This document shows positions 15,678 to 23,750 of a DNA stretch of 29,373 bases, one piece after another. The stretch's first letter is position 1; every line of letters begins with the position of its first letter. The translations under genes and the position numbers were made by a program. Source of the stretch: Candidatus Iainarchaeum sp. (GTDB taxonomy: Archaea; Iainarchaeota; Iainarchaeia; Iainarchaeales; 0-14-0-20-34-12); assembly GCA_030649345.1 (NCBI GenBank), contig JAUSKK010000048.1, forward strand, positions 1 to 29,373, written 5' to 3'. The notes under the pieces were generated by a model, which saw only the letters and a list, made by a program, of their open reading frames with translations, had not been told where the DNA came from and made no database searches.

Positions 15678-16586
15678 ATGAAAAAATATATTCAAGGATC
15701 ATTTGTAGCATTGGTTACACCCATGAAAGAAGATGGAAACAGATTAAATCATGCCATAGATTTTGATGCATTCGGAGAATTAATTGATCACATCGTTAAA
15801 GCAGGCATTAATGGAATTGTTCCCTGTGGTTGCACAGGCCATGCAGCTACTTTAACTGTCGAAGAACAAATTAAACTTATTCGATTTGCAAGAGAAAGAA
15901 CACCTGAAAAAGTAAAAGTAATTGCAGGCGATGGAAGCAATTGTACTCGGGAAGCCATTGATTTGGCTAAAAAAATTGAAGACATTGGAATTAATACACA
16001 CATGCAAATTAGTCCGTATCAAAACAAGCCAACCCAAGAAGGATTGTATCAGCATTATGCAACCATTGCAAAAGCTATTCCGGGAGATATTATTTTATAC
16101 AATGTGCCTGGAAGAACTGGAAAAAACATTGAACCCGAAACAACGTTAAGACTTGCAAAGGATTTTGATAATATTATTGGAATCAAAGAAGCTTCTGGAA
16201 ATATGGATCAAATTAAAAAAATTATTCACGGAAGCCAAGATTCTAAATTTTCAGTCATCAGCGGAGACGATGGATTGGCTTTACAGATTATTAAAGAAAG
16301 CGGTACTGGCTGTATTAGTGTAGCTGGAAATGTGGATCCAGTACGAGTTGCTAAATACATTCAATTAGGGCTGGAACACAAATATACTGAAGCTGAAAAA
16401 ATCGAAAAAGAACTCAAAGAATTGTTCCGCGTATTATTTATTGAAAGCAATCCTTGCCCGGCCCATTATGCTTTGAAAAAACTGGGAATTCAGGCAGGAA
16501 CTCCTAGATTGCCTTTGGTAGAAGTTACGGATAAAACCAAGCACGAAATTGATTTGGTTTTGAAAGACCTTGGATTATTGAAATAA
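15678..16586 (+). CDS. dapA: 4-hydroxy-tetrahydrodipicolinate synthase
   Basis: Motifs are VALVTPM, GCTGHAATLT, YNVPGRTG and IGIKEASG (Schiff-base lysine). GAGGT lies 8 nt upstream of the ATG. Confidence 0.9.
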   Translation: MKKYIQGSFVALVTPMKEDGNRLNHAIDFDAFGELIDHIVKAGINGIVPCGCTGHAATLTVEEQIKLIRFARERTPEKVKVIAGDGSNCTREAIDLAKKIEDIGINTHMQISPYQNKPTQEGLYQHYATIAKAIPGDIILYNVPGRTGKNIEPETTLRLAKDFDNIIGIKEASGNMDQIKKIIHGSQDSKFSVISGDDGLALQIIKESGTGCISVAGNVDPVRVAKYIQLGLEHKYTEAEKIEKELKELFRVLFIESNPCPAHYALKKLGIQAGTPRLPLVEVTDKTKHEIDLVLKDLGLLK

Positions 16587-16631
16587 GCCAGTACAGGCAG
16601 ATTTAAAAAAAATTGGGTGCGTTTTTAGTAA

Positions 16632-17690
16632 ATGACTACGCGCCTAATTCAAAACTTTAAACTTTCTTTAATTGGTTTAATTTTCCTGCTAATTTTAGGC
16701 TGTACGACCACTTCTTTTAACCCAGCTGAAAACCCAACAACTGAAATTCAAGAAATAGAAACCTATACTTTACCCAGTAATGAAAATATAAAAATCAATA
16801 TTGAAAACACAACACTGGTTGGAAACATTCCGAAAAGCACAGGACCAGTTCGAATTGAAATCAATGAAAATCTTGAAACACAAAATAGCGGAATAAATTC
16901 CATTCAGGTCGAAAGTTCAGAAGAATCAACTGAAAGCATAGTTGATTTTAATTCAGATGAAACAGTCATTACAGATTCCAATACCGAAAGCATAATGGCC
17001 ACAGATTCAAACGTAAATAGCAATGAATTTGAAGATGAAAATTCTGGAAATGTTCAAGAACAAAATCAAGCTCAAGAAAACAATACTGAAAGCAGTCCGT
17101 TAGAAAATTCAAATCCAGCAACGCCGCCATCCAATGTTTTTTCAGATGACTTTTCTCAAGGATTAAACAATTGGCATATTGAATTCACAGGATATGGAAA
17201 CATCTGGATTGATCAAGAAATTTTAAATATGAAACCGCAAATTGCGTTAAGTCCAGCCGAAAATCACGCCCCCTTAATGACCAGCAATTCCAGTTGGAGT
17301 AATTTTATTTTAGATTTTGACCAAAAAACAATTCAGCAGCTCAGACAAAATTCTCCACCCGATCCATGGGAAGTAGCTTGGATTATGTTTCGATATACAG
17401 ATTTAGAAAACTATTATTATTTTATTTTCAAAACCAATGGAGTGCAATTAGCAAAAAAGCAAGGAAGTTTAAATGAAATATTTTTACAGACACCCAATAA
17501 CCCCAGAGTTCAAATCGGACAATGGAACCATATTAAAGTTCAAGCTCAAGGAAATCATATTCAAGTATGGGCTGACAATCAACTGGTTATTGATTATACA
17601 GACTCTGATCCTTTGTCGGCTGGAAAAATTGGATTGTACAACGAAGAATCTTGGACTCAATTTGACAATATACGAGTGCAACCGATTTAA
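16632..17690 (+). CDS. Secreted lipobox protein with an acidic Ser/Asn/Glu-rich linker and a C-terminal concanavalin-like (DUF1080/LamG-like) jelly-roll domain
   Basis: The signal peptide ends in LILGC. The C-terminal ~185 aa reads FSDDFSQGLNNWH...WSNFILDFD...FRYTDLENYYYFIF...GQWNHIKVQAQGNHIQVWADNQLVIDYTD...GKIGLYNEESWTQFDNIRV. Confidence 0.6.
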   Translation: MTTRLIQNFKLSLIGLIFLLILGCTTTSFNPAENPTTEIQEIETYTLPSNENIKINIENTTLVGNIPKSTGPVRIEINENLETQNSGINSIQVESSEESTESIVDFNSDETVITDSNTESIMATDSNVNSNEFEDENSGNVQEQNQAQENNTESSPLENSNPATPPSNVFSDDFSQGLNNWHIEFTGYGNIWIDQEILNMKPQIALSPAENHAPLMTSNSSWSNFILDFDQKTIQQLRQNSPPDPWEVAWIMFRYTDLENYYYFIFKTNGVQLAKKQGSLNEIFLQTPNNPRVQIGQWNHIKVQAQGNHIQVWADNQLVIDYTDSDPLSAGKIGLYNEESWTQFDNIRVQPI

Positions 17691-18265
17691 GGTTCAATTG
17701 ATTTAACTGATTCTTCTTGAGTTGGCGTTGAAATATCCAATCCTTGCCAAACATCCACAAAATTATCTACCAAAGAATCTAAAAAAGTTTTACGGTATGA
17801 AACCAGCAATTGTTTGACTTGATCTGGTTGGACCAAAGCATAAAAAGTTTCTCGGCCTACATGCTGTTCTACAATCATATTGGATACAATTAATTTTTTG
17901 ACATGAAAAGTTACAGTTGAAGGACTTAATTGTAAAAATTCAGACAATTGTTTATTGGTTGCTTGTTTGTGTTCTAAAATAAATAATGTAATCTTTCGAA
18001 TATTTTCATCCCGCAATAAAGAAAGAGTTCCTTGATCTTGCGCAGTTTCTTGAGAAGAAAACAAAAAATAACGCGTAAATTTTCCTTTTTTTTCAGAGCG
18101 AACAAAATTATTTTTTTCCAAAACATTCAAATGATACTGTAAAGCACCAATCGCTAAATTTGTTCTGCGTTTAATTTCGCGAAAATGCAAACCCGGGCTT
18201 TGTTTAATTAACTCGAAAATTTCTTTCCGGACACCTAAAGCTAAAACTTGTTCACGATCCAACAT
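17687..18265 (-). CDS. Transcriptional regulator with two tandem ArsR-like winged-helix domains
   Basis: wHTH 1 is RKEIFELIKQSPGLHFREIKRRTNLAIGALQYHLNVLEKNNFV. wHTH 2 is IRKITLFILEHKQATNKQLSEFLQLSPSTVTFHVKKLIVSNMIV. Confidence 0.7.
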   Translation of the reverse strand: MLDREQVLALGVRKEIFELIKQSPGLHFREIKRRTNLAIGALQYHLNVLEKNNFVRSEKKGKFTRYFLFSSQETAQDQGTLSLLRDENIRKITLFILEHKQATNKQLSEFLQLSPSTVTFHVKKLIVSNMIVEQHVGRETFYALVQPDQVKQLLVSYRKTFLDSLVDNFVDVWQGLDISTPTQEESVKSIEP

Positions 18266-18286
18266 AAAGTTTCATTCAATGAATAC

Positions 18287-18664
18287 TTACTTTTTAAATA
18301 AAGCCAAAAACAAGCTGGCAAAAATTAATAATTCTAAAACATTTTGAGCTGGATCTGAAAAAAAGTATCCGGGACTCAAAAAAGCATCTGCAACTTTCAA
18401 AGCCCATTTGAATGCAAAAAAGAAGAATGCTAAAGCAATAAAGAAAAACTTGGAAGATTTAGCTTTCTGCCAAGCTAAAAAAGCAATTCCCAATAAAGCA
18501 AAAGAAATTAAAAACACAATTACTTTAACTGGCAAATCAATATTTTTAGCAAATTCAGTTAAAGGTCTTAAAGCATCCCAAGTATTGGTTTGAGCAAAAA
18601 CAACTGGAATAAAAGCAAATAACAAAAATTGTACTAGTACGAAAAAATGGAATTTTTTCAACAA
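18287..18664 (-). CDS. Small membrane protein (signal peptide plus ~3 TM helices), co-oriented upstream of the regulator
   Basis: The N-terminus is a hydrophobic signal ending VVFAQT, followed by three Phe/Leu/Ala-rich helices. It has a TTG start and sits 21 nt upstream of the regulator gene. Confidence 0.55.
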   Translation of the reverse strand: MLKKFHFFVLVQFLLFAFIPVVFAQTNTWDALRPLTEFAKNIDLPVKVIVFLISFALLGIAFLAWQKAKSSKFFFIALAFFFFAFKWALKVADAFLSPGYFFSDPAQNVLELLIFASLFLALFKK

Positions 18665-18969
18665 ATCACCTTACTAGTACAATGAATTAAAGGGTTTAAA
18701 TAACTTTCTAAAAAAAGGTTTAGGGCTGCATAAAATAGCTTCCATGAGGTGAAAACAGTACTGCAGCCCATTTTTTGGGTTAAATACTTTTGAATGGATA
18801 CATACTAAGTGTTTGGAGATTTATATATCGATTTTGGTACAAAAAATGACTATTGGTACAATCACTTAAAAGTGCTTTTTTTAAGCAAATAAGGAAATTA
18901 TTCAAAATCAATATACCAAAGACATTTATACTAAAATTACTCTATTAAACATTAATTAATGTGTTTAAA

Positions 18970-21012
18970 ATGTTTAAGAAAAAATTTGTATTGGGTTTGA
19001 TATTAGCTCTTTTTTTATTAGCTGGCTGCACTACAGGAAACCAAGACATTCAAGGATTTGCAAAACAGCTGCCTGAAGTTCAAGCATTTTTGAACCAACA
19101 CCCAGGAGCAGAAATAAAAGTATTGTTAATGGATGCAAATACAGTTCAACAAAATATTCAATTTATAGAAGAAAAATGCGGCGGCACACTTCCAATTCAA
19201 TCATATTACCAAGTAACTGTAGAAGAAAATAATGCAAAAATATACTTATGGATGACACCCGACAAACAAGTGCAATGTATTTCCAGAGAAGTCACAGAAG
19301 AGTCCACTAGCACAGAAGACAGCAATGAAAACACCACTGCAGAGTGTAGACAAAATATAGACTGCGAAGATAATCAAAATTATACAAATGATTTCTGCAA
19401 CAATGGAATTTGTGTTCACCCGCGAATTACAGAATGTACAAACAATGACAACTATTGCCCAACGCAATGCAGTTATTCACAAGACAAAGATTGCACACCG
19501 GAATGCACTTCAAATGCAAGCTGTGAAGATGTAAATCCAAATACACTAGATACATGTGATTTGAATACCTACATATGCACACATACTTTAACTCGTGCAA
19601 CAGCACAGCCTGAAACGGAATCTCGTATTCAGGACGCCAATACCCATCAAAGACAAAATCAAGATGACAACAGCACACAAACTACAACAGTCAGAACTCA
19701 AAGTTGTGAAAACCAAAATGGATACAGTTGCCTTAACACACAAACCTGTGCTGGAAACTGGCTGACTGCAAATAATGCAAGCTATTGCTGTGCAGTAATG
19801 TGCACAAATCCAACAGATTCAAATACAAATTCCAATTCAAATAATTCCAATTTGTATGCATTATCTATGTCAACACCTCAAGCCAGCAGCATCACTTCAA
19901 CGTCAGCAACCATTACTTGGACAACCACTGGTGAATTGGATGGAAAATTAAAATACAGCACAAATCAAAGTCAAGTTTTAAGCGGACCGCAAATTATTGG
20001 GTCCTGTTGTTCAACACACCACAGCATAACTATCGGAGGATTAAATCCAGGAACTCAATATTATTTTGCAGTCTACTCAACTTTTCCTTCTGGAAGCCCA
20101 GAAAATGTAAGTGCAATCTATTCGTTTACTACACAAGCACTTCAAAGTAACATAATTTCAAATATTCAAGTCACAAACATTACTTCCAATTCTGCAGCCA
20201 TTACTTGGAAAACGAATACAGAAACTGTTGGAGAAATACATTACAACTATAGTTCAACTTGGGCTACAACTGCACCGGAAACAGTGTATTCATTGGATCA
20301 CACTGCACAACTAACTGGATTGAATTCTGGAACATCCCATAATTACACAATTTACACATATACAAGAGATGTGAACATTCGCACAGAAGATACTGCAGTT
20401 AAAAGTTCTCAAAGCACATTCACTACACTTCAACCGCCGCCAGTAATATCCAATGCAACAATTATACTGGATGGAGTACGCGGAATTTATGCAAGCTGGC
20501 AAACCAATGTTGCAGCAGATGCTACAGTACACATAAATTCAAATCAAAGTCAGCTTGGAACTGGAACAGACAAAGTTTTCTATAACCCCAACCAATGGCA
20601 AGACCGTAAAATAGTGTTAAGCGGATTAACAGCAAATACTACTTACTATTATACACTCAGTTCAACGAATTCAAATGGCACAACTACAACCCAGCCAGCA
20701 ACCTACACAGTACCTGCAGCAATTACCATCAGCAATGTGAATGTAACCTTTGGTACAATGAGTGGAATTCCTGTAGCAACCTTTACTTGGAACAGCAGTG
20801 TCAGTGGAAGCACTGGTGTAACTTTTAGTAATACAGATCCAAATTTAGGATATTCAAATGGGCCAACTGGAATTGCAGATTCAAGTACTGGAACTTCTCA
20901 TTCCATCACCACAGGATTTAATGCAGGCCAAATGTATTATTACAAAGTATTCAGTATAAGTGGTTCCAATTTCGGAGAAAGTTCAATTAGTACATTCACA
21001 ATGCCCAATTAA
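18970..21012 (+). CDS. Large lipobox surface protein with a shared N-domain, Cys-rich modules and four FN3-like repeats
   Basis: I prefer the ATG at 18970 to the track GTG at 18961. The lipobox is LLAGC. The Cys-rich modules are ECRQNIDCEDNQNYTNDFCNNGICVHP and ECTSNASCEDVNPNTLDTCDLNTYICTHT. Four repeats follow the pattern I(S/T)xxxAxITWxT...(G)LxxGTxYYY. There are many N-x-S/T sequons. Confidence 0.75.
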   Translation: MFKKKFVLGLILALFLLAGCTTGNQDIQGFAKQLPEVQAFLNQHPGAEIKVLLMDANTVQQNIQFIEEKCGGTLPIQSYYQVTVEENNAKIYLWMTPDKQVQCISREVTEESTSTEDSNENTTAECRQNIDCEDNQNYTNDFCNNGICVHPRITECTNNDNYCPTQCSYSQDKDCTPECTSNASCEDVNPNTLDTCDLNTYICTHTLTRATAQPETESRIQDANTHQRQNQDDNSTQTTTVRTQSCENQNGYSCLNTQTCAGNWLTANNASYCCAVMCTNPTDSNTNSNSNNSNLYALSMSTPQASSITSTSATITWTTTGELDGKLKYSTNQSQVLSGPQIIGSCCSTHHSITIGGLNPGTQYYFAVYSTFPSGSPENVSAIYSFTTQALQSNIISNIQVTNITSNSAAITWKTNTETVGEIHYNYSSTWATTAPETVYSLDHTAQLTGLNSGTSHNYTIYTYTRDVNIRTEDTAVKSSQSTFTTLQPPPVISNATIILDGVRGIYASWQTNVAADATVHINSNQSQLGTGTDKVFYNPNQWQDRKIVLSGLTANTTYYYTLSSTNSNGTTTTQPATYTVPAAITISNVNVTFGTMSGIPVATFTWNSSVSGSTGVTFSNTDPNLGYSNGPTGIADSSTGTSHSITTGFNAGQMYYYKVFSISGSNFGESSISTFTMPN

Positions 21013-21023
21013 TTAAAATAAAT

Positions 21024-21650
21024 TTATTCACAATCTTCTGGGCAATTGCAGTTAGATTCTAATTCAGTCTCACAAACATTGTTTCCACAAGCAGCACAAA
21101 CAGTGAATATAGGCCTTTGAGCCAATGTTTCAAAACAAGAACCATCATTGCTTGAGTCAGCATCTTCTTTGGAAGTAATTCGTTTCAAGCCTTGCGCTTC
21201 ACATTCATTTTGCTGACTTTCTTGAACGCAAACTGCGTTCTTACACGAGTAAATATAATCGCCAGAATTACAACTGGGACAATCTTTATCTGTTTTTCTA
21301 AAACATTCATAATCAAAATTACAGCTTTCTCCAATTGGTTTAATTTCCTGCCAAACACTTTGCTCATTGCAAAAAAACGCAATATTATTCAAACCATTAG
21401 CTTGAGAACCAGGAATACAAGTAACTGGAGCACATATTCCCAAATCTTGTTTCTGAAAATCACAAACATTAGATTCACAATCAGTATTTGAACTACAATC
21501 TTGTTCTTTCAATTCATCTACTGCCGGCAACCCAGTATTCAAATCATTAACGGCAGGCAATTCAGTGTCTTCATTTGCTGGCAATGTACAGCCACTGATA
21601 ACAATAACTGCAATTAAAAAAAGAATTAACCACTGAAAAAAATTTGACAT
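21024..21650 (-). CDS. Cys-rich secreted lipobox protein
   Basis: I prefer the internal ATG at 21650 (MSNFFQWLILFLIAVIVISGC), which gives a canonical signal and lipobox. TTTTAAATG lies ~25 nt upstream on the minus strand. The protein contains DCSSNTDCESNVC and the C-terminal CGNNVCETELESNCNCPEDC. Confidence 0.65.
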   Translation of the reverse strand: MSNFFQWLILFLIAVIVISGCTLPANEDTELPAVNDLNTGLPAVDELKEQDCSSNTDCESNVCDFQKQDLGICAPVTCIPGSQANGLNNIAFFCNEQSVWQEIKPIGESCNFDYECFRKTDKDCPSCNSGDYIYSCKNAVCVQESQQNECEAQGLKRITSKEDADSSNDGSCFETLAQRPIFTVCAACGNNVCETELESNCNCPEDCE

Positions 21651-21836
21651 GAGTATATTATTAGTCTTACATTTAAAAGGTTTCTTATCAACAGACGCGC
21701 AACTAAATAAAACACATAAAAAACATGGAATGCCCCAATACACAACGTAAATCACAAGATGCAATAAAATAGGGTTGTCAGAAAACAAACGCACGGAGGC
21801 AAACAAATATATATCATAAAAGTATAAACAATAAAT

Positions 21837-22940
21837 ATGAATATTCTAAAAAAATATTGGATGATTGGTTCAGTTTTAAGTATAATTATTTTTTCAGGCT
21901 GCATAAATCCGAGTGATGCAGTTACTGGTTTTGTTAAGCAATTACCTGAAGTTAAGGAATTTTTGGAACAAAATCCAAATGCAAATGTCCAGTCTGTGAT
22001 ATGGGATGCCAATGATGTTCAAGCCAACCAAAGTTTTATTTTTGAAAAATGCGGAAAACAATTGCCGGAACAAAAATATTACTACATAGCAATCGAAGAC
22101 CCGCAAAATAAAATTTTTGTTTGGATAACTGAACAACAGGAAGTACAATGCATTGTACGAGAAGGAACTGAAACACAAACCAATCAAGGAACAATCGTTC
22201 AAGATATATTGGCCGGTCGACAGCAAGGAACAGGAACAACTGACAACAATATACAAACAACCAATACAGCTGGAGAAACTACAAACACAGGAACCCAAGG
22301 ACAAACTGCAAACAACACCCAAAATGGAACACAAACAAACACAAACCAAGATAATAATACTGACGTTGTTATTCTTCCCAACAGCAGTCCACCTTATCTT
22401 TCCAGCAGTTCTTTAAACCCAAACAATCCATCTTTAGGAGAGACATTTACTTTAACCATTACTGGCCAAGATGATTTGGGAGTAAGCCAGTTAGCATATG
22501 AAACAGAAAATATTTTTTCCAATCAACCGCAAACAGGAATATTTACCTGCACAGGAGAAACAACTTGCACCAATGCATGGGAATTTATTACAACCCAAGA
22601 AGGATTAAATATTGTGAATGCACGGGTCACAGATTCCGATGGACAAGAATCTGGAAAAACTGCTTATGAAATCAATGTAGGACCTTATCAAGCACCCAGA
22701 ACACTGATTGACCAAAACACGGGTTCGGACACAAACACAGGAACACCAGAAATAATAGTTACACCAGAACCAGAAGATGAATGCAATTCCAATTCAGACT
22801 GCGGATACAAACAAATTTGCACATCTGGAACCTGTGAAAGTGTACAATGTACAACTGACAGCCAATGTTCTGGCTGCAGAAGATGTTCTGGCAATAGCTG
22901 TGTTTCCTGCGGCAGCGGACCCTACGGATGTTATTGTTAA
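21837..22940 (+). CDS. Lipobox surface protein with a shared N-domain, a T/N/Q-rich linker, an Ig-like domain and a C-terminal Cys-knot-like tail
   Basis: The lipobox is IFSGC. The N-domain is paralogous to that of the 18970 ORF. The linker is TNTAGETTNTGTQGQTANNTQNGTQTNTNQ. The tail is ECNSNSDCGYKQICTSGTCESVQCTTDSQCSGCRRCSGNSCVSCGSGPYGCYC. Confidence 0.7.
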   Translation: MNILKKYWMIGSVLSIIIFSGCINPSDAVTGFVKQLPEVKEFLEQNPNANVQSVIWDANDVQANQSFIFEKCGKQLPEQKYYYIAIEDPQNKIFVWITEQQEVQCIVREGTETQTNQGTIVQDILAGRQQGTGTTDNNIQTTNTAGETTNTGTQGQTANNTQNGTQTNTNQDNNTDVVILPNSSPPYLSSSSLNPNNPSLGETFTLTITGQDDLGVSQLAYETENIFSNQPQTGIFTCTGETTCTNAWEFITTQEGLNIVNARVTDSDGQESGKTAYEINVGPYQAPRTLIDQNTGSDTNTGTPEIIVTPEPEDECNSNSDCGYKQICTSGTCESVQCTTDSQCSGCRRCSGNSCVSCGSGPYGCYC

Positions 22941-22950
22941 AAAATAGAAA

Positions 22951-23730
22951 CTAGATATTGAGTTTCATTAAATCTTTTGCAATAATTATTTTTCCTTTAA
23001 AATATTTTCCTGCAATTTGTTTTAACATTTTTGGATTTTGTTCAGATTCCATTCCTAAATGAGTTAAAACCAAAGTTTTCACATTAGCTTCTCTTGCAAC
23101 TTGGCCACATTCTTTAGCGCCCATATGACCAGTAAAAGCTTCTGGTTTAGTGCAGTCCGCTAACAAAATATCTGTATTTTTGGCCAACTGAACTAACTCT
23201 TTCGAATATTCAGCATCTCCAGAATACACAATGCTTTTTCCTTTGTGTTCAAAACGATAACCTAAACACGGAACAGTATGCTTCATTTGGGCACAAGTAA
23301 TTTTCAAGCTAGGCAAACGAACAATTTGCTTTGGATTTAATTCTTTTATTTTAATAAGATTTAAGTCTTGAACTCGAGTAAATAAAACAGGAAACAATTG
23401 ACTCCAAAGATTAAAAGATTGCTTGAAAGATTTTCCGGCAAAAATAGTCACAGGCTTTTTTGCGTTTTTTCGAAACTTTGCGCGTTTGGTCATTAAACCT
23501 TTATAGGATAAAAAAGGTGGCAAGTCATTAATGTGATCTTGGTGCAAAAAATGAGAAACAAACAATCCTTGAACTTCAATTGGATTGATTACTTTCTGCA
23601 AATTTTTGAACACACCGTTGCCTAAGTCAATTAAAATTTTGATTTTTCCAACTTCCAATAAATAACCAGAATTGCATTTTTTGGAACTAGAAGTAGGAAC
23701 ACCGGAACCTAAAATTGCAAGCTTCATCAT
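22951..23730 (-). CDS. Metallo-beta-lactamase-fold hydrolase (RNase Z/PhnP-like)
   Basis: Motifs are ILIDLGNG, SHFLHQDH (a His-x-His-x-Asp-His-type motif with a one-residue insertion), YSGDAEYS and VLTHLG. Confidence 0.65.
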   Translation of the reverse strand: MMKLAILGSGVPTSSSKKCNSGYLLEVGKIKILIDLGNGVFKNLQKVINPIEVQGLFVSHFLHQDHINDLPPFLSYKGLMTKRAKFRKNAKKPVTIFAGKSFKQSFNLWSQLFPVLFTRVQDLNLIKIKELNPKQIVRLPSLKITCAQMKHTVPCLGYRFEHKGKSIVYSGDAEYSKELVQLAKNTDILLADCTKPEAFTGHMGAKECGQVAREANVKTLVLTHLGMESEQNPKMLKQIAGKYFKGKIIIAKDLMKLNI

Positions 23731-23750
23731 AAACTCAAGAGTAAACTAGT

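Noticed and set aside
21651-21806. The 52-aa N-terminal extension of the Cys-rich protein as drawn in the ORF track (start at 21806).
   Set aside because: The extension is Cys/Phe-rich with no signal-peptide logic. The internal ATG at 21650 gives a textbook signal peptide plus lipobox and has a TATA-like box ~25 nt upstream.
22190-22380. An ACA/AAC-rich low-complexity stretch that I considered as a possible nucleotide tandem repeat or CRISPR-like array.
   Set aside because: It has no fixed period and no repeat-spacer structure. It lies in frame within the 21837 ORF and encodes a T/N/Q-rich linker typical of surface proteins.
1283-22894. Many 60-135 aa track ORFs lie antisense to, or out of frame within, long well-supported CDSs. 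Examples are 1323-1670, 2125-2313, 3211-3444, 3575-3781, 5505-5756, 5782-6126, 6138-6344, 6518-6803, 9208-9402, 9516-9855, 11158-11382, 13638-13967, 14858-15154, 15234-15470, 15788-16149, 17473-17706, 18408-18593, 19246-19678, 20311-20532, 21185-21491, 21942-22416 and 22688-22894.
   Set aside because: They overlap genes with clear catalytic motifs. Their translations are low-complexity and rich in Phe, Cys, Ile and Leu, as expected from the complement of AT-rich coding DNA. They lack SD or TATA context.
23745-23750. An additional ACTAGT site between the MBL gene start and the IMPase stop, considered as part of the putative ACTAGT operator set.
   Set aside because: It is a single hexamer with no partner half-site or palindrome extension. 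It is expected by chance several times in 29 kb at this base composition.
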